NCBI GenBank assembly: GCA_964353745.1
Contig: CAYGWD010000001.1
Coordinates: forward strand, 3,440-67,439
Length of the DNA stretch: 64,000 nt
Source: an uncultured archaeon
GTDB taxonomy: Archaea > Aenigmatarchaeota > Aenigmatarchaeia > Aenigmatarchaeales > Aenigmatarchaeaceae
Reading direction: 5' to 3'
Shown: positions 9,162 to 19,658 of the stretch, in pieces
Position numbering within the stretch: position 1 is the first letter of the stretch
How the letters are laid out: each line of letters starts with the position of its first letter
Notes under the pieces: model-generated
The model's input: only the letters and a program-made list of their open reading frames with translations
The model's database searches: none
What the model was told of the DNA's origin: nothing
Program-made: the position numbers and the translations under genes

Positions 9162-10206
9162 TTGCCGCGTTCTTGACTGTTTCATACAGTTCTTTTGCTT
9201 TCTTATTCTTCTCAAAATATTCTCTGATTGGTTCTAACAGTTCATCCAAAGCCTCTATGGTTTCCTTCTTCAAGTCCAAGGGATGCAACTCTCCCTCTCT
9301 GTAAGTCTTTTCTAGTTCTTCATAGCTTTGAATTTCTAAATCTGTTTTGTCCTTCCTCTTGATGACTCTTGATTTGAACTTTCTAAGAATTATATATTTC
9401 CAAATCTCCAGTATTGGGTTACCTTCAGCCTCCTTAGGTTGGCAGAAGGCACCGTTTATTTTACTTCCTATCTGCTCCTTGTTATCGTGAATGAACACAG
9501 CGCTGCCAGCAATAGACTTGCTCATCTTGGCTTCCGCGGGTCCCATTCTCTGGCCGCCCTGCAAACCTATCAACAGATGATGCATGGCAGCAATCCTTAT
9601 GCTGTTATCAATCTTTGGCGCGACCTCTCTCGTTAATATCATCGCTTTGCGTTGGTCCATCCCAAGCTGTAAAATATCTGCCTCTATGTAGAATGGATCA
9701 TAAGCCTGCATCATGGGATACAGAACCTGAGCAACATACTGCATCTCTCCCTCCTCTCTGCCCATTATTGTTCCAGCTCTTATGGCCCTCTGAATCGTTG
9801 TCAGCTTTGAGATGTTTATGACGTTCTTCCAGTATTCAGAATCTTTGGCTAAATCTGATGCCCACAGAACCTTGACTTTCTTTGTGTCAACGCCGCAAGC
9901 CTTGTAGCCCTCGATAAAATACTCTCCAGTCTTTCTTATCAAATCCAGATTTCCCCCCATCTTGTTGTTTATCCATGCATACCAGTCTGCCAGTAGAATT
10001 ATGAAATTAACGTTAGCCTCGAACAAGTCATTAATCTTAATTTCTCTTAAAACTCCAGATCCTATGTGCATAAGTCCTGATGTTTCGAATCCATCGTAAG
10101 CTGTTATTTTTGTTTTCGTCTCTAACAGCTTTCTCAAATCCTCTACGGTAACGACCTCTTCTATCGGTGCTCTTGTTATTAAGTTTATTCTGGTCTCTAT
10201 GTCCAT
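9151..10206 (-). CDS. tyrS: tyrosyl-tRNA synthetase (archaeal/eukaryotic type)
   Basis: YDGFETSGLMHIG (HIGH), LYPMMQ..D, GMDQRK, KMSKS, LHPLDLK. Confidence 0.95.
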   Translation of the reverse strand: MDIETRINLITRAPIEEVVTVEDLRKLLETKTKITAYDGFETSGLMHIGSGVLREIKINDLFEANVNFIILLADWYAWINNKMGGNLDLIRKTGEYFIEGYKACGVDTKKVKVLWASDLAKDSEYWKNVINISKLTTIQRAIRAGTIMGREEGEMQYVAQVLYPMMQAYDPFYIEADILQLGMDQRKAMILTREVAPKIDNSIRIAAMHHLLIGLQGGQRMGPAEAKMSKSIAGSAVFIHDNKEQIGSKINGAFCQPKEAEGNPILEIWKYIILRKFKSRVIKRKDKTDLEIQSYEELEKTYREGELHPLDLKKETIEALDELLEPIREYFEKNKKAKELYETVKNAAITR

Positions 10207-10255
10207 GTTAATGCCTAATCATATTAACTGAAAAGAATATTTAAATTCTATAATG

Positions 10256-10927
10256 TTAACTAATTACCGTTCCGCAATGCTTTCCTTCCACAGCTCTTAT
10301 AATTTCTTCTGGATCGCTACCATTTATGAAAACTGTTTTTATCTTGGCTTTTTTTATTAATCTAGTTGCTTTCAAGTCGAAGAATCTGTACTCGCCTGGA
10401 ACCTGAAGGTTTTTCATCATTATCTTTTCAAATCCGTTGTAACTTAGTTCATCGAACTTCTTTGCATTAGGGTCTTTTTTCGGATCATCAGAGTATACTC
10501 CATCAACGTTGGTAGCATTTATCAGCAAATTAGCTTTTATAGCTTGAGCAAATAGAGCTGAGACGTAATCAGTCGAATTACCTGGATGGATGCCGCCACA
10601 AACCAGAATCTTCTTTCCAAAGCTCTTCTTTAAGTCGACAACATTCCTTATAGATTGTTTGTAGGCATCATTCCCCAAAGCGGCTATGAGAACAAAGGCA
10701 TTCAAATGAGTGCCTTCGATTCCTATCCAGTCTAACAAATCATTGCTTGGTTTAAATTTTTTTGCAATGTCCCTGTATTGTCTGCTGGTTTTTCCTCCTC
10801 CGCAAACGACAACTAGCCTATGCCCCGCTCTCTTTAATCTTTTCAGGACTTCTGCATATTTTTTAAAATTTTCAGAATCAAGCTCTTTAGTCAGCAGAGA
10901 CCCACCAAGAGAAATTACAATTCTCAT
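10256..10927 (-). CDS. pyrH: UMP kinase
   Basis: VISLGGS, VVCGGG, GGIHPGNSTD, NATNVDGVYSDDPKK, FFDLKA. Confidence 0.93.
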   Translation of the reverse strand: MRIVISLGGSLLTKELDSENFKKYAEVLKRLKRAGHRLVVVCGGGKTSRQYRDIAKKFKPSNDLLDWIGIEGTHLNAFVLIAALGNDAYKQSIRNVVDLKKSFGKKILVCGGIHPGNSTDYVSALFAQAIKANLLINATNVDGVYSDDPKKDPNAKKFDELSYNGFEKIMMKNLQVPGEYRFFDLKATRLIKKAKIKTVFINGSDPEEIIRAVEGKHCGTVIS

Positions 10928-11006
10928 AGTTATTTTATTATGAATATTCATATATCAACTTGACGCAAAGTACTATTATAAATATTTTAAATTTTATTAA
11001 ATTCTC

Positions 11007-11660
11007 ATGGACAAGTTCGAGTGCTGGCTGCCAAGTTGGGATTACCTTTATAATTCTTGCAAGGAAGTAGTTAAAAAAATGAAAAAAGACGAATTCAAAC
11101 CAGATTTTGTAGTAGCACTTTCTAGAGGAGGTTTCGTACCTGCAAGGACTATTTGTGATATGCTTATAATAAAGGACTTGGTCTCCATAAAAGTTGACCA
11201 TTGGGGAATAACAGCTACCCCGGACGGAAAGGTAAATATAAGGTATCCGCTAAATGCTGATTTGAAAGGAAAAAGAGTTCTTCTTGTCGATGATATAACA
11301 GACACTGGAGAGAGTATGATTGCATCTAAAGGTTATATAAAAACTCTAAATCCTCAAGAGATAAAAACTGCTGCTGCTTTGCATATAAGAACATCAAAGT
11401 TAAAGCCTGACTATTACGGCGAGGAAATAGACTGGAAATGGGTTATATTTCCATGGAACTATACAGAAGATATGTGCAACATAGTGCCAAAAGTTCTTGA
11501 AAATAAAAAACCAAAAAGTTTAAAAGAAATAAGGTATGGGTTAAAGGAACATTTTAAAATAGATGTTTATGAAGGGGCTGTTCTTGAAATATTAGATGAG
11601 CTAAAGGAAAGAAATGTAGCGGCCTATGATGGCGGAGGCTGGTTAAAGGCTAAACCTTAG
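11007..11660 (+). CDS. type I phosphoribosyltransferase (purine salvage-like)
   Basis: VALSRGG, LLVDDITDTGES PRPP loop, WVIFPW. Confidence 0.9.
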   Translation: MDKFECWLPSWDYLYNSCKEVVKKMKKDEFKPDFVVALSRGGFVPARTICDMLIIKDLVSIKVDHWGITATPDGKVNIRYPLNADLKGKRVLLVDDITDTGESMIASKGYIKTLNPQEIKTAAALHIRTSKLKPDYYGEEIDWKWVIFPWNYTEDMCNIVPKVLENKKPKSLKEIRYGLKEHFKIDVYEGAVLEILDELKERNVAAYDGGGWLKAKP

Positions 11661-12432
11661 CGTTCTTCAGAGCTTCTTTGCAAATGCATTTTCTATCTTC
11701 AGGAATATTATTGACAACTTCTTTTATTATATTATTTATCTTTTCCTGGCTTTCCTTCATTGTCTTAGCTATTTCATCAAATGAAACCGGTCTTTCAGAA
11801 AAAGAGTCATAGTCTGTGACAGTAGCTAATATGCCAAGGCAAATTTCTCTTTCCCTTGCCAAGATTGCTTCTGACACACCTGTCATTCCTATTATGTCCG
11901 CAAAATTCCTAAACATCTTGCTCTCTGCTCTCGTAGAAAATCTCGGACCTTCTATACAGACATAAGTTCCTTTGTCATGATATCTTATTCCCAAATCTTT
12001 ACACGTCATAATCAATGCTTTTCTTATCTCCGAACAAAACGGGTCTGCCAACGAAACGTGAGTCACATCACCGGTGTTGTAGAACGTGTTCATGCTCTTT
12101 CTCCAGTCTATGAACTGGTCTGGTATCACTATGTCCCCAGGCTTATAGTCCTCTTCCAAAGAACCGACGGCACAGCAAGAAATAATTCTCTTTACACCAA
12201 GATTTTCAAAACCTGTAATATTTGCTTTAAAGTTCAATTCGTGCGGAGGTATCTTATGACCTTGACCATGCCTTGACAGAAAAGCAATCTTCCTACCATT
12301 TATGTTGCCTGTATGGAAAACGTCGGATGGATTACCATAGACTGTCTTTATAGGAACCTTAAGTACATTGCTTATCATACTCGCATCATAAAGCCCTGAA
12401 CCGCCTATGATGCCTATTTCAACCTTCTCCAT
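11650..12432 (-). CDS. mtnP: 5'-methylthioadenosine phosphorylase / MTAP-family purine nucleoside phosphorylase
   Basis: IGIIGGSG, RHG.GH.IPPH, AVGSL, EGPRFSTRAES, GMT, TDYD. Confidence 0.9.
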   Translation of the reverse strand: MEKVEIGIIGGSGLYDASMISNVLKVPIKTVYGNPSDVFHTGNINGRKIAFLSRHGQGHKIPPHELNFKANITGFENLGVKRIISCCAVGSLEEDYKPGDIVIPDQFIDWRKSMNTFYNTGDVTHVSLADPFCSEIRKALIMTCKDLGIRYHDKGTYVCIEGPRFSTRAESKMFRNFADIIGMTGVSEAILAREREICLGILATVTDYDSFSERPVSFDEIAKTMKESQEKINNIIKEVVNNIPEDRKCICKEALKNAKV

Positions 12433-12491
12433 AAATTTAATAATACATAAAAGGATATTAACTTATCTGGTAAAACATTGGTTAGAATAAC

Positions 12492-13736
12492 ATGAAAATA
12501 AAATGTCTGGGCGGTTTCAGGGAAGTTGGAAGAACCGCTGTTCTAGTGGAAGGTAAGGAAAATGTCCTGCTCGATTACGGAATGGAGGTAGAAACTGGCA
12601 AGCTGCCCAACCCTGTTAATAAGGTGGACATTGCTATTTTAGGCCATGCGCACCTCGACCACAGCGGTTATTGCCCTGTAATTTATAGAAAGTTCAAGCC
12701 GCCTATTTACTCGACTATCGCAACTTTTGAACTTGCCCATCTGCTCTTGAAAGACAGCATCAAAGTCGCGAAGTATAGGGGCCTTGTCAGACGCTTTGAA
12801 AAAAACGACATTGAGAAAATGAAGAATCATGAAGTGATAGTAACCTACGGCCAGAAGATCGAAGGAGATAATTTTTCTTTGGACATATTTGACGCTGGCC
12901 ATATACCTGGAAGCATGGCGCCTTTGTTGGAGATGGGAAACAAAAGAATACTTTATGCCTGCGACTTTAATACTAATCCGTCACGCCTGCTGAACGGGGC
13001 AAGCATAGACGCCAAGGATGTGGACGTCTTAATAATAGAGAGCACTTATTCTGAAAGGAACCATTCCCCGAGAAAGGAAACCGAGAAAAAGTTCTTTGAA
13101 GCTGTTGAAAGCACTATCGCCAATGAGGGAGTGGCGGTGATACCCTGTTTCGCTGTCGGAAGGGCAGCAGAGATACTAATGATATTGAAAAGTTTCAATC
13201 CAAAGTTTCCTGTTTATCTTGACGGCATGGCAAAGACTGCCTCTCAACTGGCAATGAAATACCCTGAATTTATCAGGGACCCCAAAGCCTTGAAAAAAGC
13301 CTTGAATATTTCTCGCCTCATATGGGATGAAAAGGATAGAAAGAAAGTGGTAAAAAAGCCTTGCGCTATTATTTCATCCAGTGGAATGCTGGAAGGAGGA
13401 CCGTCTGTCAGTTATATAAAATATTTGTATAATAACCCTGAGAGCTCTGTCATATTCACTGGGTTTTTGATTCCTAATACTGCTGGAAGGGCGCTGGTGG
13501 AGACTGGTAGGTTCGTCACGGAAGGGTTTGACTTGAAAATAAAGATGGGTATTCATCGATTTGATTTTTCTGCCCATGCAGGTCGTGATGATTTGTTTAA
13601 ATTTGTTGATGAGATCAATCCTCAGAAAGTTATTTGCTTGCATGGAGACAATTGCGAATGTTTTGCCAAAGAACTTGGAGAAAAAGGATTTGATGCGATC
13701 GCTCCAAAGAATGGGGATATAGTTGATATTGATTGA
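12492..13736 (+). CDS. metallo-beta-lactamase/beta-CASP ribonuclease (aCPSF-like)
   Basis: LGGFREVGR, HAHLDH, AGHIPGS, ESTY, FAVGR, FSAHAG. Confidence 0.92.
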   Translation: MKIKCLGGFREVGRTAVLVEGKENVLLDYGMEVETGKLPNPVNKVDIAILGHAHLDHSGYCPVIYRKFKPPIYSTIATFELAHLLLKDSIKVAKYRGLVRRFEKNDIEKMKNHEVIVTYGQKIEGDNFSLDIFDAGHIPGSMAPLLEMGNKRILYACDFNTNPSRLLNGASIDAKDVDVLIIESTYSERNHSPRKETEKKFFEAVESTIANEGVAVIPCFAVGRAAEILMILKSFNPKFPVYLDGMAKTASQLAMKYPEFIRDPKALKKALNISRLIWDEKDRKKVVKKPCAIISSSGMLEGGPSVSYIKYLYNNPESSVIFTGFLIPNTAGRALVETGRFVTEGFDLKIKMGIHRFDFSAHAGRDDLFKFVDEINPQKVICLHGDNCECFAKELGEKGFDAIAPKNGDIVDID

Positions 13737-13794
13737 CGGCTCTTATTTGGAAGAGTGGAATAAGGATAAATAATTCTTTCAATTAAAAGATTAT

Positions 13795-15054
13795 ATGAAC
13801 TTTGAAGAAGAATTTCAAACATATATTAAAAATTCTCCTAAAGTCAAGACAACTGTTCATTGGTGGGACCTATATAATGGGCATTATGTAGAATTGACTT
13901 CTGATATACAAAAGCAATTATTTCATGAAGCTATCAGCAAAAGTGGGTCTTACACTTCATTGGGCAAATCTCTAAATAAACCTAGAAAAATAATATCAAA
14001 TTGTTCAAAACTGATTCATAGACCGAATGTTTTATTACTGAAAAAATTATGCGATTATATTGATTTTTCTAGAAGTGAAATTGAAAGAAATATATTAAAT
14101 ATCGGCAAATCACATTTCAAACCAAATCTTCCATTTAAACTTCATAATGAAAGCGGCGTAGAGATAAGAGCTGCATTTCTTTCTGACGGTCATGTTCCTA
14201 AGAATCCGACTTCATGTCCTGTATATTCAGCATCAGAAATGGATCTTCAAGAAAGATTGATTGAACTTTGCAAGATTATATTTGGAGAATTTAACTGTGA
14301 AATAAAGTATGGGCATAAAGCATTAGAAACAAAATTCCCTGCTGTTATAGGCACCGCATTGGAACTTGGTGGCGTGCCTAGAGGAGATAAACGAATTGTC
14401 AATTGCTACGTACCTAAGGATATATTAACTGGAGAAGATAAATTAAAGCGGATATATCTAAGTAGAGTTTTCGACGATGAAGGAGATGTCTACTTTGATA
14501 AACATGGCAAAAGAGCTGTCAGATTAACTAGGACTGTTAGCATAAATAATTGTAAAGATACTTTTAAATTAAATCAAGGAAAATGGACACCATGCAATGT
14601 CTCTAATGCTCCAATAAGCAACTTGATAAGAGGCGAACAACTTCTCTTAAGAAGACTAAGAATTGATGCCAAAATCTACAATGAAGGCTTCTATAGATCT
14701 AGAAAAGATAAAATTACCACAAAATGGAGAATTCAAATCGGTCAGCAAGACAGTGTTAAAAGATTTGAATCAGAAATAGGCTTTGGTTTAGAAGCAAAAC
14801 GAGACAAGTTAAAGAAATTGGTAAATTCTTATGTAAAGAGAAAACTTCCTAACAATTGTGGGAAGAATCTTGTAATGGAAGTTGGTAGAAAATATTATCA
14901 GAGGAACGGGTTTTTTCGCTATAGAGATTTAAGCAAAGATTTTGTAAGCATGAAATTCTCCTCAAACTTCGCTGGAAGCCATTTGAAAAGCCTACTAAAT
15001 GAGGGTAAAATCAGAAAAATTGAACGTGGTAAATATGTTATTAATAGACGGTAG
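13795..15054 (+). CDS. free-standing double-motif LAGLIDADG endonuclease-like protein with HTH-like ends
   Basis: AAFLSDGHV and YLSRVFDDEGDV motifs; no intein Hint blocks; overlaps the rtcA start by 20 nt. Confidence 0.75.
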   Translation: MNFEEEFQTYIKNSPKVKTTVHWWDLYNGHYVELTSDIQKQLFHEAISKSGSYTSLGKSLNKPRKIISNCSKLIHRPNVLLLKKLCDYIDFSRSEIERNILNIGKSHFKPNLPFKLHNESGVEIRAAFLSDGHVPKNPTSCPVYSASEMDLQERLIELCKIIFGEFNCEIKYGHKALETKFPAVIGTALELGGVPRGDKRIVNCYVPKDILTGEDKLKRIYLSRVFDDEGDVYFDKHGKRAVRLTRTVSINNCKDTFKLNQGKWTPCNVSNAPISNLIRGEQLLLRRLRIDAKIYNEGFYRSRKDKITTKWRIQIGQQDSVKRFESEIGFGLEAKRDKLKKLVNSYVKRKLPNNCGKNLVMEVGRKYYQRNGFFRYRDLSKDFVSMKFSSNFAGSHLKSLLNEGKIRKIERGKYVINRR

Positions 15055-16033
15055 TTATGGCGAATCCGGAGGCCAAATATTGAGAACTTCTGTTGCTTTG
15101 TCAGCAATTACAGGAAAGCCTTGTAAAATTTTTAATATAAGAAAGAATAGAGAGAATCCTGGTTTGAAAGCTCAGCATCTTAAAGGAATAGAAGCCGCAG
15201 CTGAAATATGCAATGCCGAATTAAAGAATGCTAAGATAGGCAGTGACTGGATAGAATTCGTACCTAAGAAAATCAAAAGTGGTAATTTTTCTATAGATAT
15301 TAAAACTGCAGGCTCGTTAACATTGTTTCTCCAAACAATAATCCCTGTATGCATCCATGCCGATAAAGAAATTAATTTGGAAGTGATTGGCGGAACCGAT
15401 GTTGAATGGAGCCCTAACGTAGAATATTTCCAGGAAGTTTTTTGTAGAAATGTTGAAAAGATGGGTGTTGAAATAGAATCAGAAATATTAAAATACGGTT
15501 TCTATCCCAAAGGCGGAGGAAAAATCAAAGTTAGAATAAAACCATGCGATAAATTAAAGCCTTGGGTTTGTTTGGAAAGAGGTAAAGTAAATAGATATGA
15601 CATTAGAAGCATTGTCAGCAAATCTTTGGAAAGAGCTAAAGTAGCGGAAAGACAAATCGAGGGTGCAAAGAAAATAATACCCAAGTTTGATTGCGAACAT
15701 TCAGAGTATGTGGAAGCTCTATCGCCTGGAACAGCAGTTCATATACATGCTCATTGCGATAATTCGGTGTTAGGCTCTACGTTTTTAGGCAGAATTGGTA
15801 AACCTGCTGAAAAAATCGGCGAGGAATGTGCAAGATTCTTAATGAAACAGATAGAATCTAATGCATGCTTGGATGAGCACATGGCAGATCAAATCCTCCC
15901 TTATCTAGCATTAGCAGGCAAATCAAAAGTTTCTGTCGCTGAGATTACAAATCATTGCAGAACAAATATGTGGGTTATAGAAAAATTCTTACCAGTGAAG
16001 TTTGAAATAAATGATAGAATAATATCAGTTTAA
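15035..16033 (+). CDS. rtcA: RNA 3'-terminal phosphate cyclase
   Basis: [49 protein letters not shown]. Confidence 0.95.
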   Translation: MLLIDGSYGESGGQILRTSVALSAITGKPCKIFNIRKNRENPGLKAQHLKGIEAAAEICNAELKNAKIGSDWIEFVPKKIKSGNFSIDIKTAGSLTLFLQTIIPVCIHADKEINLEVIGGTDVEWSPNVEYFQEVFCRNVEKMGVEIESEILKYGFYPKGGGKIKVRIKPCDKLKPWVCLERGKVNRYDIRSIVSKSLERAKVAERQIEGAKKIIPKFDCEHSEYVEALSPGTAVHIHAHCDNSVLGSTFLGRIGKPAEKIGEECARFLMKQIESNACLDEHMADQILPYLALAGKSKVSVAEITNHCRTNMWVIEKFLPVKFEINDRIISV

Positions 16034-16641
16034 CTGCAAGCTCTTGTTTTCTTGGTTGTCTGAGAGCATCCGCTTGGGCTGCATTTCCTTGACCAATAGC
16101 AGGTTGTGCAGGTACCATCACTCTCACAGTTTGTTACCCACGAACCACAAGTGCAGACAGGTTGATTGTTGAAAGAACCATTGCTAACAGTACAGGTTAT
16201 GGGAAATGATGACTGATCGCCTAATTTTGCATCTTTGATTTCTAAATAGCAACTGCCAACGCTTTTTACTTTGAACGTTAAAGTTGCTATTGAAGAACTT
16301 CCTGTGAAACCGTTGTAAGGACTCTTTGCAGAGTATGCAGCCTCATAATAGCTATTAATATTATCTATCCATTTCATTGAATCAAACCATAAGTTTTTTG
16401 TATTCACCTTTGCACTAACCAAATTTAGTAAACTATTATTCCAATAAAGTTTAAAATCGAAACCATAGAGGTTAATTACGTTATCAACCTTTACATCAAC
16501 AGTGAAGTTGCTGCTTGGCGTAAGATTCGAATTAACAACGCTAGAAGGATTCACATAAATCGTTGCAGCAAAGGCCGTGTTAGCAAAAAGGGTAGACAGG
16601 AGAATTGAGATTAAAAATATTTTTGATTTCATCATGTGCAC
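16030..16641 (-). CDS. secreted cohesin-domain protein with Cys-rich (TSP1-like) tail
   Basis: Signal peptide; FTVDVKVDNVINLYGFDFKLYWNNSLL...IATLTFKVK beta-sandwich; CTCGSW...SRKC. Confidence 0.7.
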   Translation of the reverse strand: MHMMKSKIFLISILLSTLFANTAFAATIYVNPSSVVNSNLTPSSNFTVDVKVDNVINLYGFDFKLYWNNSLLNLVSAKVNTKNLWFDSMKWIDNINSYYEAAYSAKSPYNGFTGSSSIATLTFKVKSVGSCYLEIKDAKLGDQSSFPITCTVSNGSFNNQPVCTCGSWVTNCESDGTCTTCYWSRKCSPSGCSQTTKKTRACS

Positions 16642-19600
16642 CTCTTGTTGAAGTTGTTAGACAATATTATGGCATCTAAAATATTTACTATTCCATCACC
16701 ATTTATATCGCCAGTTGAAGTCTTTTTGTTGAAGTTGTTAGACAATGTTATGGCATCTAAAATATTTACTATGCCATCACAATTTATATCGCCTAGACAG
16801 TTACAAGGCTTGGTGACTATGACTCTTACGCTCGCTGGGTCTACTCTTGATAGTGCATCTGTCCACCAATCATTGCCTGTGTTGCCATTGTTGCCTGCAT
16901 CCTGACCTAAATCCCTCTCGTGTATCCAGAACATTATTCTTTGATTTCCTGTTGTTGACCTATAAAATGAAGCTGGAGCTTGACAACTCACAACAATAGT
17001 TTCTCCCATATCTAATATACCATTTGGAAAGTCTTCACTCGCTACTGTACAACTAACTCCTGTTGGGCATTGACTTGGAGGTGCATGAACGCAACCATCG
17101 CTTCCACTGCCTCCGTCGTAAAAAGCATTTATTCTTCCTTTATTATCTCTTGTTCCCAACGGATTGTTATAATCTGAAACATTCCAAAATTCAACACCTA
17201 CATACCAATTATTTTGTGCATGCCATCCAGTATTAAGTATAGAAACGTTAACAACTATAAATGAAGTGTCCCAAATAGAAACATCACCACTAGTAACTCC
17301 ATTTACATTTACATCATTTATATAAGAATCATAAGTAACATCACATTGACATAGTCCTCCACAATGATAATCTCTCATTTGATTTGCACTATTGTATGCT
17401 TGAAGGAAAGGTGCCCGACAAGCTACTGCATAATTAGGCACTGCTGCAGTGTCAGGATAACCTCCGTCATAGCTTTCACATGTTTCTTTTCCACTAGCTC
17501 TTATTGCTAATATATTATTTATTGCATTTGCTCCATTAACTCTTCCGTGGCCTTCAATGCTAGTTCCATAACCGGCAGGTTCTGCACCTTCTATTAAAGC
17601 TTTTCTTATGTCACAAACACTTGCAGTAGGATATGCCTGGAACATTAACGCAACAGTTCCTGAAACATGAGGAGTTGCCATACTAGTTCCACTTTGTGCA
17701 TGGTATTTATCATTTCCACAAATATCAAACCAAGTTGCCTCTCTTCCTTGAGAAGATCTTGCAGCACAAATAAATTCTCCAGGAGCAGTTACATCAGGCT
17801 TTATAGTACCTTGAGGTGCTGGTCCTCTACTGCTGGAAAAGGATACAAAGTCTTTTGTTCCTGGAGTATTTTTTATGAAGATATTTCGATAAGTTTCACT
17901 GTCTTGAGTCCAAGTTCCAGTGCAACCGGTAGTATCTGGAGTTCCACATCTATAAGGCCATCCTATTCTATCTTCAATGTTACAATCTTTTGGTGCCCCA
18001 TTACATCCTACCCAAGCATAGCAATGTTGGATTTCATGGCCCCAACAACCGCTACACTCGCTTTGTGGTTTGTCCGGATAACAAGTCGTTGGACCGATTC
18101 CATCGTAAAATAATCCGCAACCACACCAACTACAACCTAACTGATTTTCACATCCGTTTCTATTAAGAGGATCAAAATCGTTACAAACTTTAGGAGTACC
18201 TGAACATGAAAAAGTATTCGTGCGTGAGTTGTACCATGGTTCAGGATCACCAGGACAACAACCCCAACCGCCTTCGTTCTGATGAGAACGCAATAAAATT
18301 TCAAAACCTACATATGGTCCTGCAGCGAAATTTTGAGAAGCTAAATTCCAAAAACCATCACCATTACCTCTACCATTTGGATCCCACCAAACATCTGTTG
18401 CAGAATAACAAGGTCTGTCTTTGTGTTCACTTTCTAAATTAAAATTAATGTTAGCAGGCCATGAGCTTGGTTGTAATGTTAAATGAACACCTGTTTCCTC
18501 AGTTAAAGGAAAATCGTCTATGCTATCCAAATCTGTTATAATAGCGCCTGCATTATTGGTAAATTGACTTACAACTTCAGAATTAACATTTATATTTAAT
18601 TTATTTCTATAAGGAATTTTATCATTTAAAAACATTAATGAATTATAAACATTGTTTGGAAAATCTTTTTTTACTGTTGAACCTACTGCAATAACTCCAT
18701 CTATACATGCAGGATATAGTGTAGCAACTGCTGGGCCATCATTTCCTTGAGCAGCTACAAACACTACTCCATGACCTAGAGCACTAATGATAGCATTGTA
18801 CCTTCTTAGATCATCTCCAAACAAATTTAAACCTCTACATATATTTGCATCTGAAGGTCTACCAGAACTGTAGCTAATCACGTTAACATGCTGTGCTATT
18901 GCTTGCTCTATAGCATCTGCAATCCAAAGTGAATTTGTTGTACCATCGTCCTTATAAACCTTCCAAATATACAAATCAGCTTTTGGAGCAACTCCTTTGT
19001 ATTTTCCGCCAGACTCAGAACCGTTACCTGCAGCTATTCCTGCACAATGTGTTCCATGAGCGCTTTTATCTGTATATGAAGTATGTCTGTCGGTTGTTGT
19101 GTCGTTCCAAAATTTAATTCTTCCTGCAAAATCTTTATGATTGTCTATACCTGTGTCTATCATTGCTATTCTTACACCTTCGCCAGTTAAATCACTCCCT
19201 AAATAATTATAAGGTAATCCCATAGAACTTACAGAATCGTTTAAAGCAGGTTTATCCATTACCACATCTCTAACATAAAATCCAAGTCCTCTTAAAGTTT
19301 TTGTTAAACTTTCATAGTTTTCATTTGGTACTTCAATAAGAGATGTAGCATAATCAGGATCATTAACGTAAACTGATGCATTATATTCTTTTACAATTTC
19401 GTCTAAAGGTAAGCTTGAAATTTCTTCATATTCTACACTTAATGATTTTGAAAGAGTTTGCGATAAAACTTTTGGTGATGAATAAACACTATTCCATTTT
19501 TCAGGTTTGAAAAGAAATTGTGAATAATTTTCCAATGGTGGCAATATTTCTATATAAGAATTATTTGTTTCTATTTTTTCTGCCCCTAACATTGAAAAAG

Positions 19601-19658
19601 CTGGAGAGATAAATAAAGGTAACAAAAATATTATTAAAAAAATAATTTTTATTTCCAT
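16632..19658 (-). CDS. secreted S8 subtilisin-like peptidase with Cys-rich insertion and C-terminal dockerin
   Basis: IDTGID, HGTHCAGIAAG, GNDG, GTSMATPHVSG; tail GDINxDGIVNILDAIxLSNNFNK twice. Confidence 0.9.
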   Translation of the reverse strand: MEIKIIFLIIFLLPLFISPAFSMLGAEKIETNNSYIEILPPLENYSQFLFKPEKWNSVYSSPKVLSQTLSKSLSVEYEEISSLPLDEIVKEYNASVYVNDPDYATSLIEVPNENYESLTKTLRGLGFYVRDVVMDKPALNDSVSSMGLPYNYLGSDLTGEGVRIAMIDTGIDNHKDFAGRIKFWNDTTTDRHTSYTDKSAHGTHCAGIAAGNGSESGGKYKGVAPKADLYIWKVYKDDGTTNSLWIADAIEQAIAQHVNVISYSSGRPSDANICRGLNLFGDDLRRYNAIISALGHGVVFVAAQGNDGPAVATLYPACIDGVIAVGSTVKKDFPNNVYNSLMFLNDKIPYRNKLNINVNSEVVSQFTNNAGAIITDLDSIDDFPLTEETGVHLTLQPSSWPANINFNLESEHKDRPCYSATDVWWDPNGRGNGDGFWNLASQNFAAGPYVGFEILLRSHQNEGGWGCCPGDPEPWYNSRTNTFSCSGTPKVCNDFDPLNRNGCENQLGCSWCGCGLFYDGIGPTTCYPDKPQSECSGCWGHEIQHCYAWVGCNGAPKDCNIEDRIGWPYRCGTPDTTGCTGTWTQDSETYRNIFIKNTPGTKDFVSFSSSRGPAPQGTIKPDVTAPGEFICAARSSQGREATWFDICGNDKYHAQSGTSMATPHVSGTVALMFQAYPTASVCDIRKALIEGAEPAGYGTSIEGHGRVNGANAINNILAIRASGKETCESYDGGYPDTAAVPNYAVACRAPFLQAYNSANQMRDYHCGGLCQCDVTYDSYINDVNVNGVTSGDVSIWDTSFIVVNVSILNTGWHAQNNWYVGVEFWNVSDYNNPLGTRDNKGRINAFYDGGSGSDGCVHAPPSQCPTGVSCTVASEDFPNGILDMGETIVVSCQAPASFYRSTTGNQRIMFWIHERDLGQDAGNNGNTGNDWWTDALSRVDPASVRVIVTKPCNCLGDINCDGIVNILDAITLSNNFNKKTSTGDINGDGIVNILDAIILSNNFNKRCT
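16645..16793. repeat. 81-nt-period tandem repeat encoding the two dockerin halves
   Basis: 16645..16712 vs 16726..16793, 3 mismatches in 68 nt. Confidence 0.9.

Noticed and set aside
14999..15034. Longer rtcA start
   Set aside because: RtcA similarity begins at MLLIDGS (15035).
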